Assembly (NCBI RefSeq): GCF_001194135.2
Contig: NC_068991.1
Location: forward strand, 29,923,195 to 29,959,393
DNA from: Octopus bimaculoides
Taxonomy: Eukaryota
Length of the DNA stretch: 36,199 nucleotides
Direction: 5' to 3'
Made by a program: the position numbers and the translations under genes. This document shows, in pieces, positions 22,781 to 33,880 of the stretch (the first letter of the stretch is position 1; every line of letters starts with the position of its first letter). The notes under the pieces were generated by a model. It was not told the origin of the DNA and made no database searches. It saw only the letters and a program-made list of their open reading frames with translations.

Positions 22781-23144
22781 CGCCAGCTTAATTTAATTCG
22801 TCCTTAGTTGAAAGACACCTGTTGTTAATGACCTGTTGTTTGTACTTGTAATTGTGTACCATTTCTCCGTTTTTTTTCTTCTATTCGTCCTTGTTTTCGT
22901 ATACATTCGCTTGCTTTCTTCGAGAGAATCTAGTACTCTTAGCTTAGATTTCCTTGGTGCCGGCCAGATTAGAGCAGTCTCGAGATTAACAGGCCGAAAC
23001 TGCAAAGACGATCTGCTTCTCGACTGAAGATAGAAAGCTCCAAATGTCCCGTCCTTGTTTATTCCTGTCCTTTTTTGTATCACCTAATGTCCGAATGTTT
23101 TGTTGTCGCCTGTTATGATCTTGTTCCATTTTTTTGTTTTGATT
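22781..23144 (+). mobile_element. Interspersed repeat, probably a PLE-type terminal repeat, ending at (TA)n
   Basis: Direct repeat of 22229-22358. T-rich 3' end into (TA)n, like 11216-11344. Contains GAAAC and CTGAAGA motifs. Confidence 0.5.
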
Positions 23145-23400
23145 ATATATATATATATATGAAAAACTCATCATTAACATCAAAATCTGCTTCATTTCAT
23201 TTTATTTGATGACATTTATTGAGCTCTGTTTAATGAATTAATATTTCTTATAATGATCATTTGCTTTATATATACATGTATATATAAACAAAGAGGGGTT
23301 AATAAGGGATATAAATCCAGGCGAAATACTTCTTAAGCCTTTTGCAGAAAAGAATACACAAGGCTAATGAAGAAGACTTGTGATAGTTATTGTTCTCTAG

Positions 23401-23453
23401 GTAATCCGAAGACGAAACCCGAAGTCAAAGTCGATCAAGAGTCAAATTTGTAA
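23401..23453 (+). CDS. Candidate terminal coding exon ending ...DQESNL*
   Basis: Acceptor TTATTGTTCTCTAG|GT. The phase-1 join with the 22005-22121 exon gives ...MTMGFGNPKTKPEVKVDQESNL*, with TAA at 23451-23453. Confidence 0.55.
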
Positions 23454-23514
23454 ATTCATCGTTGTATTACCCAATTAAGATGACATGCTTTTGCAGAGTG
23501 ATACATAAAATAGA

Positions 23515-23553
23515 CTGAAAGAAGAACACTCAGAGCGCGCTAACCTCCGCCAA
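23515..23553 (-). mobile_element. 3' terminal piece of a Helitron/DINE-1-like non-autonomous element, split by the 23554-25363 insertion
   Basis: - strand TTGGCGGAGGTTAGCGCGCTCTGAGTG continues the CCTTGGCA end of the 25364-25716 piece. Copy 2 has AACCTTTGCCAAGG at the equivalent position. Confidence 0.55.
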
Positions 23554-25363
23554 TGTTTCTTTATTTTGGCACTACGGCCACAACACAGAGGGGACACTAC
23601 AAAGGCAGACACAACACCACAGGGACAAAAGCATAAAACGAATGTAAATGAGATGTTATATAAAAATGAGAAATGTAATGGCTGCATGAGCCACACTCCC
23701 ATGCAGTATCATTTCAACGTTTATATAAACTATTTACAATCGTTCTATTATCTTATTGTTTTTTCTTAATCACGTTTTCGCCTCTTTTTTAAAATGAAAC
23801 GATTTTACTTTTTCCTTCTTTCTTCAATAAAACAATTTTACTTACTTTTTCCCTTTTTAATATCTCATGAAAGGTTCTAAATCTTTTAGCTCCACTACTG
23901 GCGGCAATTCATCGAACTCCACCATCACTCCTGGCGGGTCAATCCCTTCTCCACACATGTCTTGTAGTCTGCTGTAGGTGTCCTTGTCAACTACGATGGC
24001 CTTCACATTCTCGGAATACACATCCGTAGGCAACTTTACTCTTATAATATGTTTAAACTTTAATACTTTCTTTTCGGTTTCTTTGCTTTTTGTGTACATC
24101 ACAAAATTTCATCGAAATTTTCCTTTTCTTATTAGTTTTCTCTTTTGCTGCTCCGCTTCTGGTACCTTCTTCTTTTCTTCCATCACTCTGAACAGTCTCT
24201 CTCTCTTCCTAAATTCTCTTCCTCCACTGGAACAACCAGTGTCTTCACCAATGTCTCTTTCTTATGCAACTCCTCCTTGAACACTTCAAGTTCCTTTTCG
24301 CTTATTTTTTCCACCACCATTTCGTCTTCCTTCCTTCTGGTCTCTTCTTTTTCAATCTCTTTTTTCTTCTTTTTCTCTGGCGGAGAGCTCACTCTCCCAC
24401 TTCTCTTTCTTTTTTTAAACACCGTGAACCCCTCCTCCGTTGCTTTCTCCTTTATCTCGACCCGTACCACCTGGTCCATGCCCTCCTGCCTCTCCGACTG
24501 CTCTATCTGTTGTTCCCTCTCAGGGCACCTCGCCTTCATGTGGCCCTTTTCCCCGCATGTATAATATAAAGGCAGCCTGCCCCCCACCACCACTCTCAAT
24601 CTTACGTCATCGGGCAGCACTATCTCTTCGATAATTCTATTTAGGTCTTCCACTGCTGCTTGAACGGTTAACTCTATTCCACATCCCCAGTAGTTAACTC
24701 TTTGGGTTCTTGTGGCCTTCAGTATCTTGGCCTCCTCATTCATGTCATACATTATGGCTGTCATCAGCCATGCTTCTTTCACCTCTGGGGGCACTTTGCC
24801 AACTCGCACCCTGGTCACACGTTTGCCACAGTACGATGGCAAGAGAACCCATTCTTCCGATCTTATTGCCTCTGTGGAGTGCTTCCTCTTCTGATGCAAG
24901 CGCACCTCCACACTAGCGTACTTTCTCCCTCTTATTATAAATGTGGTTAGTCTTTTTATATTCTTCAAACATTCTTCAATTGTCGCTATTTCTATTATCT
25001 TTGTTACTATCTTCATTGTCTTATATGTCACCGTTCTTTTCATTGTTAGTTCGACAGGTGGCGTTTAATTTCACTGTATTTCCGTCTCTTTCCAGCAACT
25101 TCTCGCATTCTTTCATTTTTCGAGGTTCAACCTTTATTTCTCGTACCTCCAGCGTTTCCACGTCTATCCCTTTTCCAGTTGCAGCCGCATAACTGTGGCC
25201 ACCTGGTGGCGTTTTCTCCATTTTTTTTCCCACAATGGGCAAAAACAACAATTCAAAATAACACTAGCAACAATTTGAACAGTAACAATCAATCAAACAA
25301 ATATTTAACACTATGACTTACGTCTAACACGACAAAAACAACTCAAACTGCCTGTGGCAAACA
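23554..25363 (-). mobile_element. ORF1(gag)-only L1/Tx1-like retroelement (1810 bp)
   Basis: Flanked by TCCGCCAA (23546-23553) and TCTGCCAA (25364-25371). Short 5' UTR, one gag-like reading frame, ~300-nt 3' UTR ending AAAATAAAGAAACA. No RT or endonuclease motif seen. Confidence 0.75.
23857..25221 (-). pseudogene. Gag-like ORF1 protein with CCHC zinc knuckle (~450 aa when reconstructed)
   Basis: MEKTPPGGHSYAAATG..., then RGRKYASVEVR...RVRVGKVPPE...VVVGGRLPLYYTCGEKGHMKARCP (first Cys of the knuckle changed to Tyr), then a Lys/Glu-rich region. Needs frameshifts near 25066 and ~24200 and read-through of one TGA just before the GTG at 24102. Confidence 0.8.
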
Positions 25364-25716
25364 TCTGCCAAGGGTACACCAACGTCCTCCTCGCGACTAG
25401 CGAGAGATGATTTTTAAAACGAGAATATCTGAAATAAACTCGGCTGTTCTCACAAACGAGATTACTAAAAATGAACCCGACCGCTCTCAAAAATTAGTGA
25501 AAAAAACAGGAAAAATAATCCAGAATCCTTCCCCGGCACCGGTTCGATTCCCACATCTAATCAGTTCGTGCTATTTACGAGGCCAAACATCCCTGAAAGT
25601 TTCATCCGAATTCATTCAGCAGTTCTTGAGATATCTTTTCCACGGACAAACAAACAAACGAATAAACAAACACAACTGAAAACAATGCCTCTGCCTTAGC
25701 GAAGGCGGAGGTAATA
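25364..25716 (-). mobile_element. Helitron/Helentron-type non-autonomous element (DINE-1/HINE-like), copy 1
   Basis: Terminal hairpin CCTCTGCC-TTAGCGAA-GGCGGAGG (25688-25711) next to a (GTTT)n tract; subterminal inverted repeat; collinear with 31331-31676. Confidence 0.6.
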
Positions 25717-26095
25717 ATGGATTATATACATTTATTTATTCATTTATTTATTTATTATAGGCGTACAGCAGTTCCACATATCCATTTGGGTGCATTCACG
25801 ACTCAGTTTTATCAGTCGATCGATTGGTCGACTGAAAATATAGGGAACGACCCTCATAATGATATATTCGTCAGAGAAAAACAAATCAAGTGCTAAAGAA
25901 AAAGAAGAGAAGAAAAGAAAGAGGATGAATTTTGGTCAGTATAGCATGTGTGCAGAACAAAGTCGTCATCAGCTTTAAGCTATTGTTCTTCTTTACCACG
26001 GTCGAATAATAATGCCATCTACTAAAGAAATTTGATACTCAACAGCCTCTTTATGGTCAATGACAGGCTTTTGGCATTTACCGCTATATTCTTAA

Positions 26096-26313
26096 CCCTT
26101 TAACATTCAGATTATTCTGTTAAACTTAATGCTTATTTATTCAAATTGGTATCAATTAATCATGCATTATTTCACTGCTTTTAGATTTTGATGGTATGAT
26201 TGTCTATTTTTAGAATAACATTTTATGGTAGGTGTGAACGATTAAATTTGGTCAGTTTGAACATAAAACATCGAATATTTGGACCTGATATGGCCAGTTT
26301 AAATGCTAAAGGG
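26096..26313. mobile_element. piggyBac-type MITE (218 bp)
   Basis: TTAA|CCCTTTAACATT ... AATGCTAAAGGG|CTAA: 12-bp TIRs with a TTAA-type TSD (one mismatch). Confidence 0.8.
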
Positions 26314-27967
26314 CTAACGCATCCAAATCTATATCTGAAACAGTTGTAAGCCTATAATAAATACATAAATCTATATAACCCATGATTTCAGGGGTTTTTT
26401 TTTTTTTACATATTCACACACTCACACACACACTATTTATGTACAGGAAAAGAGAAGAAAGCGAGAAAGAAAGTGAGAGAGAGGGTGAAGGAAAGAGAAA
26501 GGTTAATAGATATTTGTATAAACATGTATAAGATTTTACAGATAATTATGCATTCGTAGTTATTTAGTCACATAATCTGAAGTACAAATTTTATGTTGTA
26601 AGACTTCTTTAGATGTATTTTTCATAAATCCTTTTTCGTACGAAGCTCATTTATTGCAGAACTATTCCACAGATAATTATTTTAAATACTTTGATTAATA
26701 AAGAATTATCCTACGAATCCATTCTTTCGACCCTAATATGCTTCGTAGAAATTTAAATATTCCCTTGTGAATTTAAAATCTGCAGATTCGAATCAAAACG
26801 TTGCATTTCTTTATTTCTTGCTCACCGCTTTGATTATTATTTTATTTTTTTTTCATTTGTTCCTCCTCAAAGTTTCGAAACCTTACAAAAGTTGTCATTT
26901 TATGCAGTCCGAAGCCATCGCCTCTCCACATTAAATGTAAACGTTATTGCAACAAGGAAGGATTTAATATTCTGAACTCTAATATTTTTGCTTGTTTGAT
27001 AATACATGGAAGTTCCTTGTATGGGTTTGTGTGTATATATGTGTGTTTACGTTTATTTTATATGTGACTTTCAATCTTTATTCCATGGGGTCTTCTCTTC
27101 TAAAAGTATGGAATCCCATCAGTTCCATGTAACTATACATGTTCAACACTTGCATCAAGGGAAACAACTTAATATGCTGGAGCATACCTAAAAGGCCTGG
27201 AGACTAGCAATTCTTTGACAGCTGTTTAGAGGTTCAATCAAATTAAAAGAAACTGATAAAAGCAAAATGCACTTCTTGAAATCCCTGCTCTAGAATAGAT
27301 CTAATTTGAAAACACAGAATTCAGTGGTGACTTCCACGCTGTAGTTCAGTCTAGTAGTAAAGTTCTGATGCCTTTGCTTCTATAAACCAAACAATGCGTT
27401 GAGGTTTACAGAATAAAAGATGAGAAGTTGAAAATATTGTTACTATTGTTATGTAAGATAATAATTTTTTATATCAACTCGGAGTCAGTCTTCATATGCC
27501 TACAAATTTTACATACGCCATGCTCAAAGGGAACTCGTCCGAAAAGATGGTTTCATTTAAAGTCAGTACAATATTACTGATTTCTTCTGACTGCCTATGC
27601 TCTGAGTTCAAATCCCGCTGGAGTCAACTTTGCCTTTCATGCTTTTGAGATAGATAAAGATATCCCAAACTAGAGCAATGAATTAGCGGGACTGTTAAAG
27701 GGGTCGGGCAAGATGCCTTGGCCTCTGTTCCAGTCTTTTATATTCTTTCAGTATTGTAATATAAGAGTTGTCGAGTATATTAAGAATTTTTATGTGGTCA
27801 AATATTGTCTAACATAAAATTCAGTACGCTAGGTAGGAAGGATAGTTATGTTTATTATAACAAAAATGGACAATCTACTTATCAATGTGTGTGTGTGTGT
27901 GTGTGCAGGCATTATATTGCTTTCAAGCTTTTGAAAAAAAGGCCAGCAAGTTTGATGGAGGGAGTTA

Positions 27968-28101
27968 GTAAATTACATCGACCTCAGTGCTCAACTGGTA
28001 CTTATTTTATCGGTGGAATTTGAACTCCTAACGTAAAGACGGACAAAATGTCGCTAAGCATTTTCCCCGGCGTGCTAATAATTCTACCAGCTCAACGCCT
28101 T
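27968..28101 (-). mobile_element. SINE family A (internally deleted)
   Basis: - strand head AAGGCGTTGAGCTGGTAGAATT and GAGTTCAAATTCC box. Confidence 0.8.
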
Positions 28102-28129
28102 CGGGGGTGGACATTATACTAAGGTCAGA

Positions 28130-28330
28130 AAGGCGGCGAGTTGGCAGAATTGTTAGATCGTCGAAAAAGTGTGTTGCAATATTTGTTCTGACTCTTCCCG
28201 CTCAGAGTTCAAATTCCGCCGATGTTGGCGTTGCTTTTCTTCTCTTCGGCGTACCAATCAGGTATTGCGGTGGATGATATCGATTATTTTTATCTTTAGA
28301 ATTACGGACCTTGTGTCTGATTCAAAATCC
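28130..28330 (+). mobile_element. SINE family A (diverged), head-to-head with the previous copy
   Basis: AAGGCGGCGAGTTGGCAGAATTGTTAG head and GAGTTCAAATTCCGCC box. Confidence 0.75.
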
Positions 28331-29168
28331 ATTATTACCAAAGATAGAAAAAGAAGTTATAAGTTTCATACTTATTGCAATTACATCAAATAGGAATTGA
28401 AATCGCATCATCTGTACGATTCTCCGAAAGCTTGCCATATTTTTCTGTTTCCTGTGGAATTACTGAAGTATTGCGGTTTGGTTACTACTTCTAGCAGATC
28501 GAGTGTTAACAGAGAACCTTTGCGTTATACGTCAAGTAATCTAATTCCAACAGGGAATTGAAACAACATGGTGGTTTTACCAACATTGTACTGGCTCGGG
28601 CTTTAAATTTGTCGCGCGCACGTCTGTGTGTATTTTTATATGTGGTGCGGGTTAACTGTCATATATGTGTGTATGTGTTTATATGTGTGCACATATAATT
28701 CACTATGTGTATGCGTTACGTACACTAAATAATCGCTGTGTGTTTTGTACACAGTCAATGTTGGTTGGACGTGTGTTTTATACGTTTGCGAGTGTTGTGT
28801 ATATATTTGTTTTTCACGTGTTAAGTGCCGTGTGACAGTGTGTATAGATGTGCACCTCGGCGCTTGTGTGCTTTGATATATGAATGCGAAACTGTGCGTA
28901 TATATGCGTTTCTTTGTGCGTGTGTGTATTAATATATGCCTATGTGACCGTATGCTTGTTTGAGCCTCTGTGATTCTGTATGTTTATATATGACCGCTAA
29001 TTGTGTATATGCTTATATATACCTTTGTGAATGTGCTTATTTATGCCTACAAGACTGTTTATGTATTCCTCTATGCATTCATACATGCTGTATGGCTATT
29101 TGTAAATGTGCGTGCTTAATTGAGACTGTAACTCTGTGTGTGTGTGTGTGTGTGTGTGNNNNNNNNNN

Positions 29169-29234
<66 letters not shown>

Positions 29235-29304
29235 AAGCAAATATAGTTTGGTTTAAGTTTGTTTTCTTTCTCTCCATTGATTGTTGAATGAATGAATATT
29301 CATG

Positions 29305-29492
29305 GTTTGGTAGAATCGGTAGAGCATCAAACAAAATGCTTTGCGGTATTTAGTTACGGCACTATATATTCTGGGTTCAAATCCTGCCGACTTTGCTTTG
29401 CCTTTCATCGCTCCGCAGTCAAGTACTGGAGCCGATTCCATAGAGAAATCCTCTTCCCTTTAAATTGTTGGCCTACCTGAATTAGAAACCAC
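29305..29492 (+). mobile_element. SINE family A (diverged)
   Basis: TTGGTAGAATCGGTAGAGC...GGGTTCAAATCCTGCCGACTTTGC. Confidence 0.65.
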
Positions 29493-29950
29493 TATATTGT
29501 AATGTTTTCTATTTCTTTTCTCTTGAGGAAATATAAAGCCATCGCTTTTATGATGAAGCAGAACTGATAGAGTGCAAAACTGGACGAGTACATAACTGGT
29601 AGAAACAGAATTGGGAGCGTTACAGAATTGATAATGTACACATAACATCCTACCGTCTTAAAGGAATATTTAGTCCTACAAAGCCTCAAAATGTTAGTTG
29701 TCATTGATTTAATGTATGCAGTCATAATTCTGCTCAAAGAGTGCTGACCAGTAGTTAAACATCAACAACAATAATCAACGTAGAACATATACCAACTTTT
29801 AAACAAAATGCATCAAACTAGGGTGAGGCCAAGTGCTGGATCAAAAGAGAGGTCGAGCAAACACTGCAGTATTTCATAAAAAGAATGGATAAAACTAATG
29901 TATGTCTGAGAGATAAAGGCACTAATATTTTCATCAATATTTCCATCAGT

Positions 29951-30163
29951 TAAGGCAGCGAGTTCGCAAAATCGTTAGCGTGCTGGGCAAAATGCTTAGC
30001 AGCATTTCGTCCATATTTACGTTCTGTGTTCAGATTGCACTGGGGTCAACTTTGCTTTTCATCCATTCGAGGTCGATAAAATAAGTACCAGTTGAACACT
30101 GAGATCGATTTAATCGACTCAGCCCCTCCCACGAACCATGGGCCGAAATTTGAAACAAATATT
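29951..30163 (+). mobile_element. SINE family A
   Basis: AAGGCAGCGAGTTCGCAAAATCGTTAGC...AATAAGTACCAGTTGAACACTG...GAAATTTGAAAC. Confidence 0.85.
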
Positions 30164-30540
30164 TCCATTATTTCTTGAAAATAATATCAGACTTGGAATT
30201 GGTTTTAAATCAGAGAGTAAAATGAAAGACACTAGGACTTTAACCTGAATACATTTTGGTTAATGTTATCTCGCTGTGTATCGATTCCTGTCATAAGGTG
30301 GGGATGAGTGATTATTGGGTGCCATACTCTTCGACAAGGCTTCTAAAATAGCCTGAGAATGTAATTTAGAATGTGTCTATTGATAATCGTATGAGGCCAT
30401 ACCGGAGACATACTTAAGCATGTTAGTGGAGTTCACTATCATAGTGTAGGTGTTGTTGTTGCTACTGCTGCTGCTGCTGGATGTGAGAATGACGGGTAAA
30501 TTGAATACCTTAGATGTTACATCTGTGGTTTTGAAGATAA

Positions 30541-30582
<42 letters not shown>

Positions 30583-31219
30583 AAAAGAAAGCACGAGAAC
30601 AAAGCTGTAACCACAACAACAGCGAAATCCACAACAGAAACAAGTGACTGCTTTGAAAACAACTACGATAGTAATAGCAACACCAAAAATAGGAACCTGA
30701 AAATATTATAAGAAATTTAGGGGCCTAAAAATAATACAACTATTAGAACATAAACAGGACACTTTAAATCATAGGTGTTCTCAACGTGGTAATTTCTGAG
30801 AGGTCACTAGAAATAAAAAAAGAAATCTTAAATCACACCCTAGAAACTTATAAAAAGAAGGACACATTTGATAATATAGTCCTTACTGTACAAAAAGATA
30901 AGAGGGTGGTGTCTTGAACAATGTCAATCACAGTTAAAACCAAGAGTTGTTAAGCAACAATAACTAAGGATAATCTTATGATGTGAGGTTTGTGGACCAT
31001 AGTAAAAATAGGTGTCCAGCCTATCTTCTTCAAAACCAAAGGATACAGTACCTGATATACACTAAGGCCGATTGAAGGCTTTCTTAGGTATCACCAAGGT
31101 AACATTAACCAACTAAATTTCTTTCATATCAGACATTTTTCCATATTAAAAATAAGAGCAACATATGTTAAAGCCAATGCTGATGGCAAATATGCCATCT
31201 TTACTATAACGTGTATGCA

Positions 31220-31268
<49 letters not shown>

Positions 31269-31296
31269 NNNNNNNNNNNNNNNNNNNNNNNNNNNN

Positions 31297-31330
<34 letters not shown>

Positions 31331-31332
<2 letters not shown>

Positions 31333-31676
31333 CCTTTGCCAAGGCAACACCAACGTCCTCTCAACGATTAGCCATAGATGATTTTTAAAATGAGAATATC
31401 TGAAATAAGAATATCTCCTCTCACAAACGAAAATACTAAAAATGAACCCAACCGCCCTCAAATATTAAGTAAAAAACAGGAAAAATAATCCAGAATCCTT
31501 GTCCGGTACCAGGTCGATGCCAAAATCTAATCAGTTCGTGCAATTCACGAGGCCAAACGGCCCTGAAAGCTTCATCCGAATCCGTCGAGCGGTTCTTGAG
31601 ATACCTTGTCCACGGACAAACAAACAAACAAGCACGACTGAAACAATACTCCGGCCTTAGCGAAGGCGGAGGTAAT
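31331..31676 (-). mobile_element. Helitron/DINE-1-like non-autonomous element, copy 2 (truncated at (TA)n)
   Basis: Collinear with 25364-25716; same CCTTAGCGAAGGCGGAGGTAAT end. Confidence 0.6.
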
Positions 31677-31821
31677 AAAACGAAGATAATCTTCAACCAT
31701 CTAATCACAGTTGGAAATGTAGTAGATGATGAAATATTTGGACATGTAACCAATATAACTATCTTGGACAAATAGTATGCTTAACGAATAAAAATCAGAC
31801 CAAAGAAATTGAACGAATACA

Positions 31822-32050
31822 ATCATAAGTTCGCGAGCTCGATTTCCGGCGACACTTTATTTCATGTTGCTCCAGTGAACTCAGCTTGTAAAAACAAGGT
31901 GTACCAATAATTCAAATTCTGTGTCACGCAGAGTCTCCCTGCGAACTACGTTAAAGGTACACGTGTCTGTGGAGTGCTCAGCCATTTGCAAGTTAATTTC
32001 ACGAGCAGGCTGTTCTGATCGACTGGAATCTTCGTCGTCGTAACCGACGG
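31822..32050 (+). mobile_element. SINE family C
   Basis: ACACTTTATTTCATGTTGCTCCAGT...GAACTACGTTAAAGGTACACGTGTCTGTGGAGTGCTCAGCC...GTCGTCGTAACCGACGG; 5' part shared with 6455-6600. Confidence 0.65.
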
Positions 32051-32439
32051 TCTACTAGTTAGTTATATGCATATGTGTGTGTGTGTATATAAATATAGGT
32101 GTATATATATATATATNNNNNNNNNNNNNNNNNNNNNNNNNNNNNNNNNNNNNNNNNNNNNNNNNNNNNNNNNNNNNNNNNNNNNNNNNNNNNNNNNNNN
32201 NNNNNNNNNNNNNNNNNNTGTATACAGATATACATATGTGCGTTTATGTATGTATATGTACTTGTGTGTGAATGCGTGTATGCGTTCGAATTGTTTCATT
32301 CAAGTTTTCCAAACCTTTGCTGCCAGTCTTCATTATGTTTATTTCTTTATTCCTCAATGAAGGAGAAGGGGACGTGGTGGTGGAGGAGGAGGAGGAGGTA
32401 GGTGTGTAATTGAGGAGAGACACACGGCGCGCAAGCGAG

Positions 32440-32448
32440 TGAGTGAGT

Positions 32449-32490
<42 letters not shown>

Positions 32491-33390
32491 ACCACGGACA
32501 TGAAGGGTTGGAGAAAGTGATTAAGAGAAGGATTCGATAAAGAGGAGAATGCATTTAGGAAACACAGGGAGTGAGAGAGAGAGAGCGGGAGAAAAGGCCG
32601 AGAAAGAGGAACAGAGAAAGTTTGCTTGAGAAAAAGAGGGGTAACAAAGAAGGAAGGAGATGATAGAGGGAGGTAAGTGATATAATAAAAGTAAACAAGA
32701 GACGAATGTATTTTAGAAACAGCAGGTGTGAGAGGGAGAGGGAGAGGAAAGAGTAAAAGAGAAAGAGAAGTATATGGTGGTGGAGACGAAGACATAATGA
32801 GAGGGCACAATGGATAGAGTCGAGATTTCCGTTAGAGAGAGAGAGAGTGGGGGGAGAAAGGAGAGAGAGAGAGAGTGTGTGTGAGAGAAGGGTTGAGAGA
32901 GAGAGAGTCGAAGGGAGAAATAGAGAACCAATACGTGGAAAAGAGAGCGGGAAAGAAAGATTAAGAGAAAAGATAGGGAGAGAGGAAGATGGAGAAATCG
33001 AGAAAAAGAGAGGTGTGAGAAAAGATATATATATACACTTCTCTTTTTCTCGCTTTATAGAAAGAAAGAGAGAGAGAGAGAGACACACACACACACATAC
33101 ACACACATACACGGAAAGACAGACAGACAAATAGATAGATAGATAGATACAGAGAGAGAGAGAGAGAGAGTGGTGCAAGAAAAAGTATGAGATTGACAAA
33201 AAAAAAGAAGAAAAAGAAAGAGATGAGGATGAATAAGAAGGTGAAAGACAGATGTGAATATAGGGTATCAGAGAGAAGACTATAAAAGAGTGATAGGACG
33301 AGAAGGAAAATAATATGGAGAGAAACAAAGAGATAGTTAGAGAAAGAGAGAGAGAGGGGGGAAGAGAGAGAGAGAAAGGGAGAGAGTGAG
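32440..33390 (+). repeat. ~950-bp purine-rich (GA) low-complexity tract with (GA)n, (CA)n and (GATA)n
   Basis: Direct reading. Confidence 0.9.
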
Positions 33391-33816
33391 TTGTTGTTTG
33401 TGTGTTACACGCTGTGCCTTCTTAATCACTGACATTTTGATAGAAAAGGTGACCGGGAGGGGAACAGTCATAGAAGAATGGGTAGAAGTGGGAGTGGTCG
33501 GGGTGATAATTTCATGCTTGTTGTTGCAAATCGGTTAACAATAGAGTAAAGAGCTGGATTATTTTGAGTGGCTACAATGAACTCCTTCAAAATCCACGCT
33601 TCTTAGTTGAAGATAATGACGCCACCCTCTTCCTCCACACCCACCACACGGCTCTCGTGGTCGGTGTTGGCCGCAGTGGGAAGTAGAAAGCCGTTGTAAT
33701 GCCACAGTTTAGGCCGTGTTTTTTTTTATGGTTATTGTTGTGATAACCAAAGTGTTTTATTGTACAACGTCATGGCGGCCTAGGATGATGGAGTCGACGA
33801 TAGCGACTGTTTTATT

Positions 33817-33880
<64 letters not shown>

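Noticed and set aside
23554-25363. TGTTT...AAACA termini suggesting an LTR or Ginger element
   Set aside because: No long direct repeats, no integrase, and the inverted match is only 5 bp. The AATAAAGAAA tail and ORF1-like protein fit a non-LTR origin better.
26873-26975. Strong acceptor followed by FETLQKLSFYAVRSHRL...*
   Set aside because: It requires phase 2, incompatible with the phase-1 exon at 22121; no other support.
32555-33328. 257-aa Leu/Ser/Phe-rich ORF
   Set aside because: Antisense translation of the GA-rich low-complexity tract.
33732-33779. Perfect Kozak GCCGCCATG on the - strand (and GTCATGG on +)
   Set aside because: They open only 13- and 3-codon ORFs; no evidence of a transcript.
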